From NCBI RefSeq assembly GCF_964204645.1, contig NC_134029.1, forward strand, positions 24,580,434 to 24,644,433: a DNA stretch of 64,000 nucleotides. Reading direction: 5' to 3'. Below, piece after piece: positions 1 through 14,246 of the stretch. How positions within the stretch are numbered: the first letter of the stretch is position 1; each line of letters opens with the position of its first letter. This DNA is from Tubulanus polymorphus (taxonomy: Eukaryota > Animalia > Nemertea). The notes under the pieces were generated by a model that was not told the origin of the DNA, made no database searches, and worked only from the letters and a program-made list of their open reading frames with translations. The position numbers were made by a program, and so were the translations under genes.

Positions 1-80
1 ACCCCTCGATATTATATTATTACATTACAAACAGTAGATATTGTCTATTTCATGAATTCGTTACCCATAAAACAGGGTAA

Positions 81-590
<510 letters not shown>

Positions 591-1019
591 GCATCAAATT
601 CAAGCAGTTCTAATTAGAATAAATTTCTATTCTATAAAGTTTTATTCGTCATTTTATTAGTGTGAATTTCAGCGCGGTTGTTCTGCTGCTATGCCACGAT
701 GTGGTTTGTAGTAAACTGATAGTTCATGATTAATGTCACTGGTTTCTGCTATATTTGTGTGAACTATGGACGCCTAATGTTATCCATCTGTTAGGAGTCA
801 TAAACCCGGACTAATCCACGGTAAATCCGTGAATTATTGCGTGTAATTCGCCCAAATGACCGGCTGTAATTATAGCCGTTGAGCTGAATGAATGAATGGC
901 GCCTCGCATTATGTGTGCTATAAAAAATACCAGTCAATTATTGTCCATCCGTGAGACACAGAGTGTCCTGAACCCCGTGTATCTTTAGATAATCCTCATA
1001 CGACCAGCTGTTTAATACG

Positions 1020-1252
1020 GCTCTCTATCTCCTCTCCCACTCTCTCCCCTCCCCTCCCCTCCCCTCCCCTCCCCTCCCCTCCCCTCACTCCCCTCTCCTC
1101 TCCCCTCTCTCTCTCCCCTCTCACTCCCTCCTCTCCCCTCCCTCACTCCCCTCCCCTCTTTCCCCTCCCCCTCTCCCTCCCTCCCTCGCTCCTCTCCCCC
1201 CTTCTCTCTCCTCTCTCTCAGCTCTCTTCCCCTCACTTCTTTCTCCCTCTCC

Positions 1253-1293
<41 letters not shown>

Positions 1294-1305
1294 CCTCTCT
1301 CTCTA
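1020..1305. repeat. CT-rich polypyrimidine low-complexity tract
   Basis: (CCCCT)n and (CT)n mixture. Confidence 0.95.
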
Positions 1306-2194
1306 TCATGCTCAATTTTGATAATCGGGGTTGTTTTACCTTAGAAGATAATTTAGTTATTTTGGCCGCGAGGTTATTGAATTAAGACCAGAATTTCATT
1401 AGACAGCAGGTATATCGGCGGGTTCTGTGTGACAGGATATTGGCTGTGAATCTCTCTCCTATCGATGAGATATCGACTCTTTCTATTCACTCTGTCTCAT
1501 ATGTGGTTTTTAGCCGGTAATTTCCTGGCTCACAAAATCCCACCTGATATTCATTCAGTTACCAGAATCCTCTTTCGGCATCTAATACGACATTTAACAC
1601 GAGAGAGATCGATTGATTTATTGCTCAGTCGCTTTTCATATACAATTAACGAGAAAATTCTATGAGAAATATCTGACATAATACGAAACATTTTACTGTT
1701 GGAGAATAACAAGAAACCACGATCATGAGATATCTACTATTTTAGAAACCATTTCTCATTTTTCCCCCAGAAATCACAAAATGCTCGTATATCGAGTTTC
1801 TTCTGTCGAGTTTCCTTCAACGCAATGCGGTCAAGACAAAGACTCTCGATCGCATATATTCCGCGCTCAATATCTATTTTTGGAGGGAATAGTTTCTGGT
1901 GATGTTTCTAGTTGTCCGAGAGTTGAACGTCATCCTCCTTCTTCTTGTCATCTTCCTCTTCTCTGTTATTTGAAACTTGTCCACAGACATCTTTTACATC
2001 GTTTGCATGTATGTTATATTTTTTGTATTACCATGTTTTTCAGTCATTACTCATGAGTGACTGTTTTATCGCGGGTATATAATTAATACACCGGGTCCTG
2101 CTGCCTGTTTCGGATACGTGGAAATAGTAAGAAACACAAGATGTTCGATAACCAATAAACCTATACTTCAAATGATAGAAACATAGCGAATTTA

Positions 2195-2390
2195 CTAGAA
2201 AAACGAGTCCGAAATGTTTCCTTGAGCATATATCAGTTTCGACTATATCCTTATAGTCATCTTCGGGAATACTACAACTAAGATGACTATTAGGATATAG
2301 TGATATAGCCAAAACGTTTTTTCTTTTATACTGTGAGATTTTATCGTGTATTGTCTTAACGACACGGATTCTGGGCGTTTCATCGACATT
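2195..2390. mobile_element. PLE-derived hammerhead-motif repeat, divergent inverted pair (degenerate)
   Basis: Minus arm TATTCCCGAAGATGACTATAAGGATATAGTCGAAAC and plus arm AAGATGACTATTAGGATATAGT. Family tail motifs AAAACGAGTCCGAAATGTTTCCTTGAGC and ACACGGATTCTGGG are present. Confidence 0.7.
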
Positions 2391-2937
2391 AATTGTTAAT
2401 ATTCAAAACTCTGACAAAAAGAACAAAAACAGAAGTTAATGTTCAGAAGAGTTATCGTTGTGATACTGGTTCCTCTGTGCTCGCTGCAGCTGCTGCTGCT
2501 GCTGCTGCTGTCTCCGCTACTATTACACGACGACATCGAGTCACATCTCGTTGTACTCATTATATCACAGCTCGCCTGTGATTGGTCGATGCTCTGATAC
2601 TGGTGACGACCTCCGCCCTCTCTCTCATGAACTTCGCTCCGCTGCGGCTTCGACGCATAATTTTATCTGGCAACCCAATAAAATGCGCGGAATCTGATTA
2701 TCATCCGTTAAATAAGTCTTTTATGTTGTCGTCAGTAGCAGAGATCTGATAGAAAACGATTCGCTGTTAATAATGTTTCTACTGCAACCAAACCTCTGAG
2801 CAGAACCTTAACAAAACCCCAGCAAACCCCAGTTTATTTATAGCGAGCCTAGCGGGGCGATTCATCTTTATTCCGAAAAAAAGAAAAATATATTTTCACC
2901 TAAAAGACATTAATTATACGAAATAAGAAATTCGCTG

Positions 2938-3198
2938 CAACCACAACCCTGTTACCCATAACCCTAACCCTAGCCTCGAACCCGGGCTTCCAACATGCCA
3001 GCCGAGCACGCTAACCACTAGACCACGGAGTTCTAGTGACTGTCGAAGTTTGTAAGTTCCGGTCAGTGTGATGACCATTCAGCTTTGGTAACTGGTGACC
3101 AGTCAGGTGTGGTGACCAGTTACCAGTCAGGTGTGGTAACTGGTGACCAGTGACCTGTCAGGTATGGTGGCTCTATTCATTAACAGTACCCGCTATCA
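2938..3198 (-). mobile_element. Composite repeat: conserved 5' leader, tRNA-like A/B boxes, then TTAGGG repeats (copy 1)
   Basis: A box at 3015-3025, B box at 2973-2982, TAGGGTTAGGGTTA at 2959-2972; colinear with the copy at 22298-22520. Confidence 0.8.
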
Positions 3199-3489
3199 TA
3201 CTAGAATTTCTAATTTTTGTCAAATTTCTCTAATTTGTCAAAATTCTACGAGCACAGTTTAAATGTTTGTCAGACTCTAGGGGCTTGTCATTCAATTAGC
3301 CAGAATTAACTAAAGATATCAAATACTCTTCGATATCAAAGGAGATTCTGAAGCCTTGATATCTCATCCAGAAACCTCTGAAATTTCAATTTCTAATCTC
3401 AAATTATAAACCATTGAAAAACAGAGTCTTTCAAGTTTCATTTTCTATTCAAGCCTCATTACATAATAATCAATGAGTGATATCCCGGG

Positions 3490-3641
3490 AACTGAGGGGA
3501 TAACCGGGCTGGTACTGGGGAGATACCCCGGCGGGTACTGGGGGTATACCCCGGCGGGTACTGGGAGATACCCCGGTGGGTACTGGGGAGATACCCCGGC
3601 AGGTAGTGACGGGATACCCCGGCGGGTACTGAGGAGGTACC
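3490..3641. repeat. GC-rich ~23-24-bp minisatellite (CGGGTACTGGGGAGATACCCCGG, ~6 units)
   Basis: Visible tandem units with hairpin potential. Confidence 0.85.
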
Positions 3642-4274
3642 CTCAAATCTATATTGTCAAATATCTACGATCTATGAATTTATTCCTTTAAATGAAAGAA
3701 GTTGTTGTTTTTGAGAGACTGGGTTTGGTGTGTATCTCACTACAAATCGGACACAGTTCAATGTGAAGTATTAACTATAATATTCATAGAGCTCTTATTC
3801 GAGTTGAGTCATGTTGACCTGTCGGTTAATGAAAAGATTGGCTAGCTTGATTTTTTCAGTGTCTCATCAGTGAACGGGGTTTAATGATGTTCATCGTTCC
3901 CGCTGTGGTGGAATAAATGTCGCTTTGTGTTTGGGTTTTTGTGGAATCTGGCTCTCGTCTGCTCTCGGCTGCTGCTGCTGCTGGTATTGTCCCGTACAAA
4001 GCGGCAGCGCGGATGAATCTTTTATGAAAAATTGTCTCCCTCAATTTGTGCGGCGGATGAACATAACGCCAATATTCGTGACTCGGTTTTTGGGATAAGA
4101 ATCGAATTAACCGCCGTACAACTAAGATACATGTCATTTTAGTAGGTCTTAATTTTGTAACATGAACAGCATTTTAAGATTGTGTTTGAAATGTTTAAAA
4201 TTGCTGAAAAAAATAACAAGAACAAAGTAAGAATTCCTCCTGGATTTCAGGCGAAGATAAACGATTTTACATCA

Positions 4275-4409
4275 GGATCCAGTTCCACAGTTCCGTGTTA
4301 AGGTCTGACTCTTGAGTTAACTCATCGCAAATGAACTAATTTTTACAGGGTTTACTCATAATTCTGAGTTCAGAGTTAACTCTTATTCACAACCCGTGGA
4401 ACTGGATCC
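4275..4409. mobile_element. MITE with perfect 14-bp TIRs (GGATCCAGTTCCAC...GTGGAACTGGATCC), Harbinger-like
   Basis: TIRs seen directly. The internal motif GAGTTAACTCAT..ATGAACT is shared with 38212-38396 and 39160-39271. No clean TSD, so the superfamily is inferred. Confidence 0.8.
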
Positions 4410-4499
4410 AAGATAATCTTTTCAAATTTAGGTTTGGTTGTTTTTGCGTCGCGGAAGAATTAACGATATAACAACATGACGTATAGACAGTGAAGGTTT

Positions 4500-4636
4500 T
4501 CACATATAGGACACGGTGATGAGATCCACACAGTCCCTGTACCTCACATACAGGACACGGTGATGAGATCCACACAGTCCCTGTACCTCACATACAGGAC
4601 ACAGTGATGAGATGCACAAAGTCCGTGCACCTCACA
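4500..4636. repeat. 44-bp minisatellite x3 (CACATACAGGACACGGTGATGAGATCCACACAGTCCCTGTACCT)
   Basis: Tandem units read directly. Confidence 0.9.
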
Positions 4637-6755
4637 GTACATGAAACCCCACGTGTCACGTTACTCTACATGATTTAATAAGGCTTCACGCGGCCTCAAA
4701 CTTCTCGCTAAGTATTTTTGTGTATCTCGTTATGGTATTTTTTTCCTGATGACCCAGGTGTTGTATCCTCGGGGTATAACCGGTTTATATTACACCCACA
4801 GAGCCGTGACACTATACCTCGCGCTCAACCCCGCGTCGTTCTCGCTGTTATTAATGTCTCAAAAATCGAGCGATTTTACGCGGAAACTTTGTCAGTGATT
4901 ATCAGCTCATGTTCACCTTTCTCTCGGGGATAATTGTATAACCAATAAATGACACAAAAAATTATTCGAAAGTTTTTTTTTTTCACACGATTAACTGAAA
5001 ATCAATGAGTATCTAAAAAATATGGATTTACCACGCATCTAGACCGAATAGTCTGCTCGCAAATCGTTCAGAGCTTTATCACTGATAACCCCAAAGATAT
5101 TCTTCACCTTATAAATCTGGCGCTGCTTTTTCTGGTCCTAGTTCCTCAGTTGTAATTCTATCTTGGATCTAGAATCACGACGCCGGGCTCCACTATTTCA
5201 CCCATCCTGCGATGAAGGGATAGAAATTGTCTGAACAATAAAACTGAAGAATATCTCGAAGTTTCTGCTGGTACAATATTTGATCTGATGGCGTGTCTAT
5301 TTTAATTACCGTTTCGTATTAAAATCGCTTCGTTCGGTTCTAATTGCGGTTTCATGAAACTGGAGTGAACCGCCGCCGAGCGCGCACACCGCGGCGCGGC
5401 GGCACACCGCCACCGACCGGCGCCGCACACGAGCGCACCAGTATAATAGATAATGAATGTTTGAAGTATTCGGGTGGTGATTAGTCGCTGCCGCAAAATG
5501 TCTTTCATTTAAAAAGTTAGAAAATTAAGATTCGTTTTACTGGAGGCAGTCGTGATTGCAGTCGATCCTGCCACTTCCTCCGACTTCTCCCGACTCACGC
5601 TTTATCATACTTCATTAACAGACAAAAAGTAAACGTCTCTTGTATTTCCCCCCGTTAGCTGTTTGTCGACGCGTCTCGCGGTTCCTAACAATTAATTTCT
5701 ATCTCGGAGCCACGTTTTAATGAAAAGTGGAGACGTTTCCCGCGAACTAACCGCATTTTCGTTCTCGATCCATCGGCGGATCGAACACCCGCGACGTCTT
5801 TATCGCCGCACCGACCAGAAATGAGCGACGGAATTCTTGTTTGCGCGTGAATCAATCCGAAAAGAAAATTCCCGACAAAAACGCGTGAAATACAGCTGAA
5901 CGCATTGATGGAAAGATGATGTCTTTGTCAGTGGGATGATTTCACTGATATTGATCCTATTTTGAAGAGATCTGATAGCTTCACCGCACGTTCACTCATC
6001 CACTCTCACACACTCGCACAATGAAACTTTCTCGTGTATTAATTACAGATATTGATAAAACTGAAAACTTAACCGAACAAGCGAGAACAGATTATATCTG
6101 CACAGATCTATCCGTGTCACTGAGATTCCTGATATTTCAGAAAACCATCTCTAACTATCGATACCGACCTAGTTATATCATTCGGTTATTTTCCATTGTC
6201 ATTTTTTTAAGTTTAATATCAGTAACTGCTGCTGTATCGCGCCCAGCTTCAAGAAGAAGTTGAACTCAAATTTTTGTTTTAAGCCGTATTGGCAACTTCT
6301 TGTTTTCAATGAGGAAAAACAGTTACAATTTCGTCGTTTTAAGCTTTTCATAACGCCGCAGACTCAGACCTACTACACGAGCTACAGAATGAAACTATAG
6401 TGACTTTCATGAGGATTCCATGTAAATTCTTGTAGGCCCAAAGGAGTGGGATCATCAGACTTTTGGCCAATGATGTGCCTAAACCGACCTCCCTCACCTG
6501 CCTTCAGTTTAGTTGATAATTTGATTGAAATTTCGCGAATCCGTGAATAGATTTCGGTATCGCGGGGTGAGGGGGGATTCTCATGATTCTTCATTCACTG
6601 CCTGTTTGAAACCAATCTTTCATTCACAGTTTACGTTTTGTCGCAAATATTAGATTAACAGTGAATTCTATTCATGTCGTCACCAGTCGCCATCACCGCG
6701 ACCATCATCATCCAAATTCGATTATCAATTATTCTGATTTGGTAATTTTAGCCAT

Positions 6756-6797
<42 letters not shown>

Positions 6798-9700
6798 CTG
6801 TCCACGAGTCATTATCGTTTTTACCAGATATAAATTTTCAACCGCGACATAAATAACTAGCGAATAATCAAAGATATTTGACGTGTCCTGATGACTTTGA
6901 ATGTAGATTAATTTAAGACTTAGAAACGTGCACTGGCACGCGTGGTTATTCGATATTAACAACACGATCAGGTTCTATTCACATCGAAATCATATTAAAA
7001 CCGCGATCATTTTCAGCCTCATTTATTTTATGGGTTTTTGTGCGTAAACAGATGAATAAGAATCGCGCTCGACCGACTGAGCGCCAGTGAACGTGAGATA
7101 TCAACTTTAAACAGGATTTCAGCCCGAGTCTGAAATATTACCATATGAACAGATCTAGTTATATCCGTACCTTTTTAGTACCCAAATATCTAATTGCAAT
7201 AGAATTAATAATTTAAGGTAAATCATAAGAAAATTTCATTACTTTCCATGGTAGGTGGAGGGAAGAAATATATATTTGTTTATACGAAGGGGGAAAAACA
7301 AATCATTTAAAAACATTAACAAGTTTATATACAATATTTACATACTGAAAGGATAAGGATTTTATTTACACTCTAACCATTTATCGAGGGAGACTATAAG
7401 ATATACAATATTCGATATTTACAATATTTATTTGAAGTTGAACAGCGCACTCTGGTGGACCCTTGGTGAACTCTCAGCTACTGTACAATTTTTTAAAAAA
7501 GAATTATGTTTCTGTATTTCAAGATTCGGTTATGAATCATCGTGAACACGATGTTTTTGTTTTCTCTACGATTCTTTACAATTTGATTGATTGAAATGAA
7601 TACGCTACGAAGCAAAGGTTCTGATTAGAGCGGCACTCCGGGTCGAATAAAGACTGCAGAATGTGACATAAATAGCGGTTCGCGCGGCGTCGCTCTTAAA
7701 TTTAACGGGCGCCAAAATTAATGCTGATTGCGCAGTTTCGGATTAATGTTTATTATCGTCAGCTTGCATAATAAACGCGACCCGTGACCCCGTCATTGTT
7801 TGGCCAACCATCTGACTAACCACGTCACAGAAATAAATCACATGATCGTTGACAACTTGCCGTCGAATATATGTGAAACTCGTTCGTTTGGTCGACTGAA
7901 ATATGACATATAAATTGGCAATTCATTTTTGTAATTATCGGGCTGCAAGGCTGTGAGATCAGAACTAGGAGAAGTCAGTCGGGTGATTGGATGACACCAG
8001 TGTCACGTTCTATCATCAGTCATTCTCATATCTGTCCTAAACACTAACACAATTAAACCGTCGATTCACCGCCACCGCAGTTTCTCATAATTATTGTTTA
8101 TCATTTCAACAATGCTGTTTCATCGCTGATATATTTCATCCTCTGCTGTGTGCTGTCTGTAAATTACTATACAATTTTTTCCGTCTCATGAATTTTAAAA
8201 ACCGTCCCACGAAAACAATACCAACAGAAATGTCGCTTTGAATATTTTCAAGAAATCGCGTCTTGATTTGTGTTTAAAAATTCGCCATTGCTTCAGGACC
8301 AGAAAAGGTGGCTGCCTACACAAATTTCCATATATGACATCATCAAATTGTCTTCTAGCGATCAGGTTTATAGACAATTCCAAAAAAATTCGATGCCTCC
8401 AAAAGTCAGTGCCCTATAACATCATAAAATCACCTTGGACCAGTGACTTGTGGAATAACTTGAATAACTATAATTTAAAGATGTCATAGGTGAATAAAGT
8501 GAGTAGAATGAAAAAAAAAACTAGAACAGAATCAGTCGTTTCGGTTCAATTCTATTTATAAATCTGATCATTTTTTTTCATTTTATTGTGGTTTTTCACT
8601 TTATTGATACCAGACACTCACTTGTCTGGGAATCAAAATATCATAGGTGATTCACGGAAATAGCCATCCCTTCTAGAAGGTATATTTACTTTGCCGCTGC
8701 TGTGGCTGTTGTTGTGACTGTTGTTGTTATTGTGTTATTGTGAATTGGCGATTAATATTGAAGAGTAAGATCTCGAGTTGTAGTGAGAATATTGAATCGT
8801 TCTCACAGAGAAGCGTCTTGACTCGACTGAACAATTCTTACCGATTTAACGTTCATTTGTAATCCGCCGCAATCAATTCTTCTCTGGAGAGAGAGAGAGT
8901 TTTAGGAGAAAATGAGTTTTGATTTGCGTCATCGAGATAGTGATCAGTTTTGAGGGTTGCTGCTGAAGTAGCATCATTAGAGATGGATTCACGGCTGATG
9001 AGGCTGCAAAAACTGTCTAGTGACAAATGACTGAGTGACGTGGGTCAGATGTCCACGACCCGTGACCACTGACTGTTCTATAATCTTGACTGCTGACTCA
9101 AGATCTTACCAACAAAGGAAACCTTCAATAGCCTATTAAACTGTCATTTTTCATCCGAAGAAAGAACTTTTATTTTCATATCCTGAGCTTTAATTAATTC
9201 ATGCTCGTTTCTAGTTTTCGATGAAATGTTTTTGTAGTTGAAATTCGAGTTGAAAATATGTATAAATATTCGGGTCTTGCAAATCGAAGATGATGTGAAT
9301 TTATCAGGAAATTAATTTGTTCGGCAAATTTTACAAAATGTAAAATTTTTTCATTTTCTACGGTCAGTTGTGCGGTTGTTTCAGTACAGAAATGTTCCGT
9401 TGTGTGGAAATGTTCGTTAAATGTTTTGGGAATTCGATCACCTTACATTCAATGATAAAGATAAAACCTGTTATAAAACCTTGGTAATCGAGGAGAGGAC
9501 TTCAGTAATGTGACGATTTATCAAACTTAGAGAATCGTATTGTAAATATGAGTTACGACTCAAAACAGAGACAACTTTAGTAATGTGATGACAGAATCGA
9601 AATGACGACTTCTCGTCAGATTCGATCGTACACTTCGCTTCTTTATATTTCAAATAGTTAGTTATGAAATTGATGACATGTTTTCGAGAGGTTTAAATAA

Positions 9701-12398
9701 AATCGATCAATGTCAAAAGGAAAATGACATCTTCGAAAAAAATAGAATTACGATTGATCGTATCTTGTCACGATACGAATTAAATATTTATTGTTTGAAG
9801 CGGATTTAAAGTTTCTATGAAAGCGATGCACGTGCCTTCGCCGCTGAATTTCACTCGTAATTACAATTCCGTTGTTTTTTACGCATAAAAGAAATTTGGG
9901 TGTGACTCATTTAAATCATGCGTGCAAATCGGGCGTCGCTTGAACCGTAGAGCATCCTCTTAGTCGCCTTTTAGTCCTCACTCCCTCGCAGGTGAATTCT
10001 AACGGCTACTACTCTTAATGACTACCGTTACACCTGCTTGTAATGTTTCTCATGCTCAGGGCAGGAAGGATGTTGTGAGTTGTTTTTATCTACAGCCATG
10101 GTTCTTTATTTTCCTCTCTCTCTCTCTCTTCCTCTCTCTCTCTCTCTCTCTCTCTGACTGTCTCTCTCCCTCTCATCTTGTGGTTTTCTGTCTCTCTCTC
10201 TCACTCTATCCCACCATGCGTTATTAAGTTTTATGACGATCTGTGTAAAAAGAGTAATCATCTAGAACTAGGCCTGTAATTTCAGGCCAAACAAAATCTC
10301 ACATTGTTTTACTATGCAAAAAAAGAATTATATCTGCGAAAAACTGCGAGCGATATTCTTTTTTAAACAACTGTGGAATTGTGAATTCAGACTAACTATT
10401 AGACCTGCTGGCTTCTAACTATACGTCGCATCTTTAGTAGCTTTTTCCTGTTTTTATATTATCAAATCTTTATCGGATAAAAAAAACTAAAAAATCTTTA
10501 AGTTATATGCTGAAAATGCTTATCACAGCCTGAACATTTTCAGTCAAATTGAATAAATTCACCGTTCACTTCATACGTGTGCCGGAAATAGATACGTCCC
10601 ATTCTATAACGATATTATATACTGCAGTCCCTTACGATAATTCTAGCTGCCTACGAAATATCATTTATAAATTGTAAATAAAGGCAATTACACAAAACCG
10701 TCGCCAGAAAACGAGTTATTTCGGTGAAAAACAATAAAGTGACGTCATTGCGCCTTTTTAGTTGCTCATAAGCAATTGTTCACAGTAGCAGAATAAACCA
10801 CTTTCTGCCACGCGTTAAATGACCAGTAACTCTTGCGCTTCATCTCACTGAACGTGATCGCGAAAACCACAGAAAATTAAGAAAACGTTATCTTAATAAT
10901 ACGCCACAAAAAACCACCGTCTTTTGTTGTCCAGTCCTCATAATATCAGCAGTGCAAATTCCTTTGTGTTCGCTTGTAATTTTTAATCTGTGGTTTTTTG
11001 CCACTTAATCACGACCATTCCTGTATTATCGTATTAGACTCGCTCATTTTGTGACTGCGCGATTTTTTGTTGTTGTTGAAATATCAAATTGGCGATATCG
11101 ATATCGATATCTCACGATAATCGCGCGATTTAAGAAGTTCTGTCGCGAAAAATGAACAAAGAACGCGGTCATTATTCGGCTCCGTCAGAAAAACAGAGGT
11201 AGAGTTTTCCTGTGAAGACAATGATGTATTTTGTAACGAACTGACCAAGTTGCGCACATATCTTCTTACGAGTTTGAAACTAATAATCCTACTCTTGTTT
11301 GTCGTGAGATTCGCCGGTGGAATTTTTAGCATATCTGCTAATAATGTTCATTTGCTGCTGCTGCCGGGTTCCATCGCGATATCTTCCACATCTAGAGGAT
11401 TATTTCAAAAATCGAGAGAAAAACTTCCATCGATAACATTGAATTTACACTGGTCATTTCGTGTGGTCGATTAATTACGCGTAAAGGAGTCGGATAGGAA
11501 TTATAGAAAAAAACCCGTTTATATAAAGAATACAATGGACCTGACGAGTATCAGTTTCACGGTCATTTCAGATAGCTGGTTATATGAGTAATTATGTATG
11601 AGTATTGGAGTGAGTCTTTCACGTGCCACCGCTACCTGATCAACCATCACTACTTATCCTTCCTTATTACAATCATATATTATTGTTCTCTTGTCCTGAA
11701 ATCATGATACGTCCAGCTTCACTATGTTTATAATTCTGTTTGATCTATCCGATCTACTATTTACTGATACGCCGATAGTTTACATGTATACTCCTCTAGG
11801 TCTCCAGTTACTCCGCTGTCTGTCCGTTCCATTGTCCGAATTCCTTCCATTTTTCAATGTAATCCTCGGCTGTTTTTTCTGTTTTTTACCGCGCTATTTG
11901 TAATTTAATATCGCTCGGACATGCGGCGTGATGTTGCGCAGTTCAAATATCAGCCGAAAATATAAAATTCATACTGTCAAGTTTAGCGGTGCGGTATGTG
12001 TGTTATATGATAGAGGATTTTACCCAGATCGAGCTCACGTCTATATGTCCACTCTCACCCCCCGTGTGCTCCCCGTGTGCTCCCCGTGTGCCGTACAACT
12101 CGTTAGAATATTCTGACTTTTATTTTTCAAACATCTATACCGAATTACGCATGAATTATGCTGTAGTTTTAACCTTGAACGAGAAAATGATATCGGTAAA
12201 AAACGATATCTATCCAGCTTAATTTGAATGCGTCGATTGCTTAAACATTTCGGATTCATTTTCCTTTTTGGCATTTTATCAGATGCAGATAATATTCACC
12301 CCGACGGCTAAAGCTGCTGTAGGAACCCGTAACTGTTTGAGTTGAAAAATATCGCGGTTTCAATCGAAGGTGATTCGACCGAAAGGTCATTTGATAAA

Positions 12399-12474
12399 TT
12401 CGTTGAGATTATTGCAGGTGGATTCGTTGAGATTATTGCAGGTGGATTCGTTGAGATTATTGCAGGTTGATTCG
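12399..12474. repeat. 24-bp tandem repeat x3 (TTCGTTGAGATTATTGCAGGTGGA)
   Basis: Tandem units read directly. Confidence 0.9.
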
Positions 12475-13076
12475 CCTGGTGAATTTTGAATATTAAAATG
12501 AACGGTGATTATTAATGGGAGGCTTGTTCAATGATCTGACACCGTCATAGACCACTTCTCACTTATTCTACAAAATCAGAATTAATGACAGAATTATCGA
12601 GACTAAAAGCTTACGTCGATTAAATATATTTTCGCCGATATGAGAGCTGTGTAAGTGGTGGCGGTGATACTAGACCCGGTACCGCACACTCCCGTGCTAC
12701 ATATAAACAGCTTAATGATTAAAAAATTACTGACCTCAAATCAAAAATACTGAAATAGTTACGCCTTGAATATTGCTTTATCAGAGTTAATGAATCGAAA
12801 AGAGTTTTCAATAGAATGATGTAAAATTTGTCATTTATAAATGGATGGGGCAAATATACTTACAGTGTATAAGTGCAGAGGTTAGTATCAGCGATAGGAA
12901 ACTACATTATGTCAATTTAACTTATTATTTTTCGATGAAATTCACATTTTCATATCGGATTCATCAGAATAATGGAAAATGATTTCATGAAAATATCTAA
13001 TTTGATTGAAGAATTGAAGGAGGTGTTATTTAAACAATCTGTGTCGCAATATCTAAGCTAAAATTCCTGCGCACCA

Positions 13077-13130
13077 AGAATGAAATGAGTCCGAAATGTT
13101 TCCGTGAGCTAGTGTTATCTATTCAACGTT
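13077..13130 (-). mobile_element. Tail fragment of the PLE/hammerhead repeat family
   Basis: GAGTCCGAAATGTTTCCGTGAGC...TATTCAACGTT matches the copies at ~2200 and ~16800. Confidence 0.6.
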
Positions 13131-14189
13131 ACACTGATGTCTGTATTGTAACGATAATATAGAAAAAATCCACATAAAAAGAAGGGAAAATTAGATTTGT
13201 TTACAACTGTTTTAATGCTGTATATTATTACCCCTAGTTTGTATCACATATTACTTAATCAGTCTTTAAGATCTGGATTGTATAAATATACTTCGTAATT
13301 CTGCTATAAAGATAGTATTCCTGAAGGCAACTATTGGGATAAAGTCGAAAAGTTTAAAATAAACCATTGATTAAAGGAAACCTTTCCGGACTTGTTCTTA
13401 TTGTGAGATTTAACTTTATCCTTTTTTTGTATTAACGAAATCAAGAAAGCGACTACTCGAAAATATCGAATATCATCAGAGGTGATTTCATAATATCTGG
13501 TGGCTTGTAATAAAATCGAAATCAATGGGACCATATTTCATTAATGTGTGAGATTTTTATCACCCTGTAAGGAGTTTGTTCAGTAATATCGGATTGCGGT
13601 TGTAACCACTAATGCGTATTAAACTGACTCTTAAGGGAGACATGTTTCAGTATAGCGCGGTGAGAGCTGCGACAATTAATGATTCAAAATCAACTTAAAA
13701 TCGTCTTCGTGTCGCGTTATATTTCACTGAGCCGACGATTTATTTATTCGTGTAATTTTAATGGTTGCATATATCTGCAATCTTGAGATAAAATTCTAAT
13801 GATGATTTTATGATGATTTTAAAACCACAACAGAGACAATAATTTCGTATCGGAATTAATTTGTAGCCATGAAATTTGGAATTAATGGAAACTACAAATT
13901 GAAATGAATTCGGCGAGTGTGCGAACTGACGTGGGAAATAATAACAATAAAACTAACTATTCACAAAATTAAAAAAAGAATTGAAACATATAAAAACTAA
14001 TTTTGTTTATTTACTCAAACATTAAGAAACACGAAGTTTCACAATCTCGTCAGATTATCGTCAGCTCTCGTCTCATATCGTTTTATTATCGTGGTTGATA
14101 AGAACAGTGAATCCTGTAACCCTTGTGAAAATTAAAGTCCCATAATACGATAAAATCTCACAACACCAAATTATTCTGAAATGGGCCAG

Positions 14190-14246
14190 AGTTTATTTTG
14201 ATGTTTCGACGACTATTTTCCTAACGGTCATCTTCAGGAATACTGA
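14190..14246 (-). ncRNA. Minimal type I hammerhead ribozyme-like motif (best-preserved core; PLE-derived)
   Basis: Reverse complement TATTC-CTGAAGA-TGAC..GTC-GAAA-CATC-AAAATA: CUGANGA and GAAA core intact, AUC site, stem I weakened. Confidence 0.55.

Noticed and set aside
7250-7440. AT-rich stretch resembling a 3' UTR or LINE tail on the minus strand
   Set aside because: No adjoining coding exon, poly(A) tail or TSD to support a call.
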